This document shows positions 59,060 to 64,000 of a stretch of DNA of 64,000 bases, one piece after another (positions within the stretch are counted from its first letter, which is position 1; every line of letters begins with the position of its first letter). Source of the DNA: Octopus bimaculoides (Eukaryota). The notes beneath the pieces were generated by a model, which saw nothing but the letters and a program-made list of their open reading frames with translations, was not told where the DNA came from and searched no databases. The stretch is from the NCBI RefSeq assembly GCF_001194135.2, contig NC_068994.1, positions 3,820,793 through 3,884,792 of the forward strand. The letters run 5' to 3'. Both the position numbers and the translations under genes were made by a program.

Positions 59060-59260
59060 GCTGTAAATGAGCATCACTGTCGTACAAGCAGTGTCCTCTG
59101 TTTCCAATTTTCTGTGAAAACATGCCTGCTGGTGGGGAAAATGACCTTCCATGGAAACAGGTGAGGTTTGGTGACAGGAAGGGCATCCAGTCATAGAAAA
59201 ATCTGCTTCAAGAAATTATGTCTGACCATTGTGAGCATGGAAAAGTGGACATTAAAACAA
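59060..59260 (+). mobile_element. SINE/RTE-tail variant body
   Basis: GTAAATGAGCATCACTGTCGTACAAGCAGTGTCC...GACAGGAAGGGCATCCAGTCATAG...GCATGGAAAAGTGGACATTAAAAC. Confidence 0.6.
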
Positions 59261-59915
59261 TGTGTGTGTGTGTGTGTATGTAAGAGAGCATTAACTCTAA
59301 ATCAGGTCTGGCTTGGACCGTGATGACCTGTCCAATCCAGCAAGGAACGATGTAAAACAAATAATGATTAATGCTGATGATGACGATGATGATGTGCGTG
59401 TTTGTGTGTGTGTGTCTATATAAATACATGCATACGTATGCACACATGTGTATTCCTATATGTATATATATAAATTCATTTATAACTGTGTGTGTGTGTG
59501 CAGGTTGTAGACACCATTCAGTAAAGTGCTGCCAATGTAATCAATGGGAAAGCGGGAGTAAAGTACTTAAAGAGTCTGTGAGGAGTTGCCTTCCTGCTAT
59601 AAAGTGGTTTTACTTCCCTGCATTGCCAAGGATTTCTGGACTCTCTCTCTCTCTTTGTTTCTTTCTCTCTCCACTTCCCAACACCGTACAACTACTGCTG
59701 GCGAAATAGCTCCGAACGATGATGGCTGGAGTCGTGAAGGTGAGGGTGGGAGGTGAGGATTGATGGGATAATAAAAGAGGGGGGAGTGGTTGAACCGAGT
59801 AGTTAAACGTTGTGACAATGGGAGGGGAAGGTTGAGGGGGGCGAAAGGTGTACAGAGTAGAGGGGGAGGTCAAGAAAGGGGAGAGCGGGCACCTGCCTAT
59901 GTTCGGCTTGCGTGA

Positions 59916-59977
<62 letters not shown>

Positions 59978-60231
59978 GTATGTGCTTACATAGACACACC
60001 GATACACATTGATATATATACATACATATCGACACACAAATACACATACACATACGTACAAACAGAACATAAATATACACGAAAATGAAATACATGTAAA
60101 TAAATGAACATTTAACACATAGACACGTACACATGTATGTATGTATTTATATATGTACAAGATGATATGAACATGCTTAACATGTGTGCGCGCATACATA
60201 CATACATACATATATATATACACACACACAC

Positions 60232-60264
<33 letters not shown>

Positions 60265-60443
60265 AATATGTATATGTAACATACATGTAGATATACCTAC
60301 GCACGTACATACACATGCATATATGCACGGGTGCATCTACCATATGTACATGTATATATATATATATATATAAAGATATAATTATATGTTTGTGTGTGTA
60401 AACACATATACACGTGTGTATGTAGATATATATATGTATGTGA

Positions 60444-60492
<49 letters not shown>

Positions 60493-60934
60493 CTCACACA
60501 CATATACATACATACATATATATATATAATTATTCAGATATATGCATATGAGAAAGTGTAAGAGGTGGAGGGGTAGAGAAAGTGAGAGAGGAGGAGAGAG
60601 ACACAGAGAGTGAAATGTAGATATTGAATAATCTTTTCAATATTAAAGACAGAGAAAGGCAGATTAATAGTGAGATAGAGAGAGAGAGACAAAGAGAGAG
60701 AGAGAGAGCATGTGTGTGTGTGTGTGTGTGTGCAAATAAGTATGTGTGTCCATACAGATGTAGCATTATTATGTGTGCGTCGATATTGTAATAAGAGCTG
60801 CGTACATGTATAAGTAATTTAATGTGTGTCAATATGAATTGCATACACACATACACCACACACATACATATACTTATATATATATAACATATATATATAA
60901 TATATATACATACACACACACACACATAAATATT

Positions 60935-61024
<90 letters not shown>

Positions 61025-61080
61025 TAAACAGATATATGAATGAGAAGCGGTCATTGATTGATCGGGGACGGGGGCGAAGG

Positions 61081-61750
61081 AACTTACCTCGACTGTCTTA
61101 ACATATCATCTCGACCGACCGAAAAAACACCAACACAAATTTTCTCCACCCTTTCCCGGCCATTGGATCTGTCGACCGTAAAACAATAAAGCACAGAATA
61201 TTTCGGAATATATGTTTTTTTTTGCAAACAGAATTTGTTGAATGCTTCACCTTTCTTGTAATTATATATATATGTATATAATTATAGGTATATATATACA
61301 TATATATTTTTTTACATATATATAGATGTTAAATTGATGATGATAGTGGTAGTAATTATTATTGTTTGTTGTTGTTGTTGTGCTGGTTTTTTTCTTTTTT
61401 TGGTGATTTTTGTTTGAAGTTTTGTGTATGGAGGGGGGGAAATTCGTGTAGTTTTCTGTGAATTTCCTCCCCGGGGTGGGTGACAGGTGCTATTTGCTAT
61501 CTAAACACATCGGGGACCGCTTTTATTTTATCTGTTTTTTTGTGAAATCCCACTTTCCAAGTGGATACCAACACAGGGGGAGACAATATGACACACAGAC
61601 AGACCGACCAGAATGTTTTATTTACTGAAAAAATTTTTTATCGTAAAACTTGTCGAGTGACTCAGAAAGAGATGGATGGAAACGAAGGGAGATAACTCGA
61701 TGGCCAACCTCTGCCACCACCTTGTAGCATTACCTCTTCCTTACACTTCC
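61081..61750 (-). promoter_or_regulatory. Candidate non-coding first exon of ZNF-C
   Basis: Consensus donor GAG|GTAAGT at 61088|61087 at the edge of a CpG-containing unique island. Confidence 0.4.
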
Positions 61751-62434
61751 TCTCGCTGCTGCTGATTACAGGACATGTTTTTTACCGTACTGACGTACTC
61801 TCTCTTTCTCTCATCCTCCCCTTCCTCTCTACCTATATCTTACTCTGTCGCTCACACTCTCTCTTCTCCTCACTCTAGACAATTACACATTCACTCGCTT
61901 ATTTTTTGTCCCTCGCTTTACATCTATCTCTGTTTCTCTCGACCTCGCCTCATCCTCTCATTTACTCACTTTTACCTTACTGTCTATCAGTTCTACTCCG
62001 CCTCTGCTACTCACATTAATATATGCAAGGTAGAAAGAGAAAGAAAGAGACCGAATACTGCGTCTATTATTGATTAAGATAGATCGATCTAATAATGAGC
62101 AGATGTATCATGAATTGCTATATATCTGAATCGTTTCTTGATCGGTGTATATTTTTAGAATTATATATTATACGATCTATGGGTGTGTGTATGTTTGCGT
62201 ATATCTATACATTTATATAATATATTATACATTTTTACATATATAATATATTATATATATTTATGTAATATATAATATATATATTATATATATAAATAAA
62301 TATATANNNNNNNNNNATATATATATTATATATATATAATAAAATATACATGTATACAATATATATTCTATATAATATATAAATGTATATATTAGAATAT
62401 ATGATATATATTACAAAATACATATGTAGATATA

Positions 62435-62483
<49 letters not shown>

Positions 62484-62498
62484 CATACATATATATAA

Positions 62499-62530
<32 letters not shown>

Positions 62531-62644
62531 GTATACACACATATGTATGTAATATGAATTTATGTATATAAATATATATGTATATATATATATTGTATTT
62601 TTTAAAGAGTTCACACATACAAACCTTTGTGTACCTCTGTATAT

Positions 62645-63680
62645 ATCATCATCATCATGATCGTTTAACGTCCGCTTTCCATGCTAGTATGGGTTGGACG
62701 ATTTGACTGAGGACTGGTGCAACCGGATGGCTACACCAGGCTCCAATCTAATTTGGCAGAGTTTCTACAGCTGGATGCCCTTCCTAACGCCAACCACTCA
62801 GAGAGTGTAGTGGGTGCTTTTACGTGTCACCCGCACGAAAACGGCCACGCTCGAAACGGTGTCTTTTATGTGCCACCCGCACAAGAGCCAGTCCAGGGGC
62901 ACTGGCAACGATCTCGCTCGAAAACCCTACAAGGCCAGTCAGGCGGTACTGGCAACGGTCACGCTCAGNNNNNNNNNNNNNNNNNNNNNNNNNNNNNNNN
63001 NNNNNNNNNNNNNNNNNNNNNNNNNNNNNNNNNNNNNNNNNNNNNNNNNNNNNNNNNNNNNNNNNNNNNNNNNNNNNNNNNNNNNNNNNNNNNNNNNNNN
63101 NNNNNNNNNNNNNNNNNNNNNNNNNNNNNNNNNNNNNNNNNNNNNNNNNNNNNNNNNNNNNNNNNNNNNNNNNNNNNNNNNNNNNNNNNNNNNNNNNNNN
63201 NNNNNNNNNNNNNNNNNNNNNNNNNNNNNNNNNNNNNNNNNNNNNNNNNNNNNNNNNNNNNNNNNNNNNNNNNNNNNNNNNNNNNNNNNNNNNNNNNNNN
63301 NNNNNNTACCTCTTCCACGGGTTCCCTCAACTGTTAGGGAGTGGCACTTTTTCACGCAGCTATCCTCATTCATTCTCACCACATGTCCAAACCAGCGCAA
63401 TCGTCTCTCTTGCACACCACTACTGACGCTTCTTATGTTCAGCTTTCCTCTCAAGATACTTACACTCTGACGGGTATGCACATTTACATTACACATCCAG
63501 CGGAGCATACTGGCTTCATTCCTTGCGAGCTTACGCATGTCCTCAGCAGTCACAGCCCATGTTTCACTGCCATGTAGCATGGCTGTTCGTACACATGCGT
63601 CATATAGTCTGCCTTTTACCCTGAGTGAGAGTCCCTTTGTCGCCAGCAGAGGTAAGAGCTCTCTAAACTTGGCCCAGGCT
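62645..63680 (-). mobile_element. 5'-truncated RTE-clade LINE (C-terminal part of RT ORF, gap, 3' UTR with tandem units and (GAT)n tail)
   Basis: Minus-strand translation AWAKFRELLPLL...LHGSETW...RRLRWFGHVVRM...VEGTRGRG is typical of the post-RT region of RTE LINEs. Beyond the N gap (62969-63306) lie the GGTGGCACGTAAAA units and the AGGAAGGGCATCCAGCTGTAG...CCCATACTAGCATGGAAAGCGGACGTTAAACGATCATG tail. Confidence 0.85.
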
Positions 63681-64000
63681 TTCATAACTATACATAATTA
63701 TGTTTATATAATTCCATTACATATAACCAAACATCCACACCTGAATGGATGCAGAATTATGAATAATTTAATTGATTTTGTACTAAATATAGTTTATTTG
63801 TAAAAGAAGTCTCTTTAAGTGGTAGTTCAAAGACAATTATATTAATAACAAGTGATGTTAGGGAGAATAGTGGATAGAATCAACACTAGGGATTGAACTC
63901 CCTTTCTGCAGATTGCCGTATGCCTGCTTTTGATCAGTGCTGTGCGCAAAACAGCCCTTCAGTCAATTTTGAATTATTCAGGTGTTGAATATATTTAACA

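Overview
Eukaryotic, AT-rich, microsatellite-saturated DNA with many N gaps. The repeat landscape and intronless multi-finger C2H2 genes point to an octopus or other coleoid cephalopod; this is inference, no search was run. There are three credible protein-coding genes, all C2H2 zinc-finger proteins with the CDS in one exon. ZNF-A (11781-15650, +) has 24 fingers. ZNF-B (25427-27520, -) has 5 intact plus 1 broken finger, a Cys/His heptad repeat, a 37-His tract and polyQ. ZNF-C (52871-55333, -) has 14 intact fingers in a 4/8-finger higher-order repeat plus relic fingers. The rest is retroposons (tRNA-headed SINEs, Meta-domain-like SINEs, 5'-truncated RTE LINEs, a CR1-like fossil), DNA-transposon remnants (Tc1/mariner, two hAT MITEs, a Helentron-type HINE) and simple repeats. 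The most striking non-coding signal is an 84-bp inverted repeat at 49029-49204 whose two arms each carry a minimal type I hammerhead ribozyme motif, in a Penelope-like/retrozyme-like layout. A second, decayed hammerhead lies at 30596-30638, joined back-to-back to a tRNA-like head. Palindromic repeat arrays lie just downstream of the ZNF-B and ZNF-C stop codons. Nearly all other entries in the ORF track are microsatellite or antisense artefacts.
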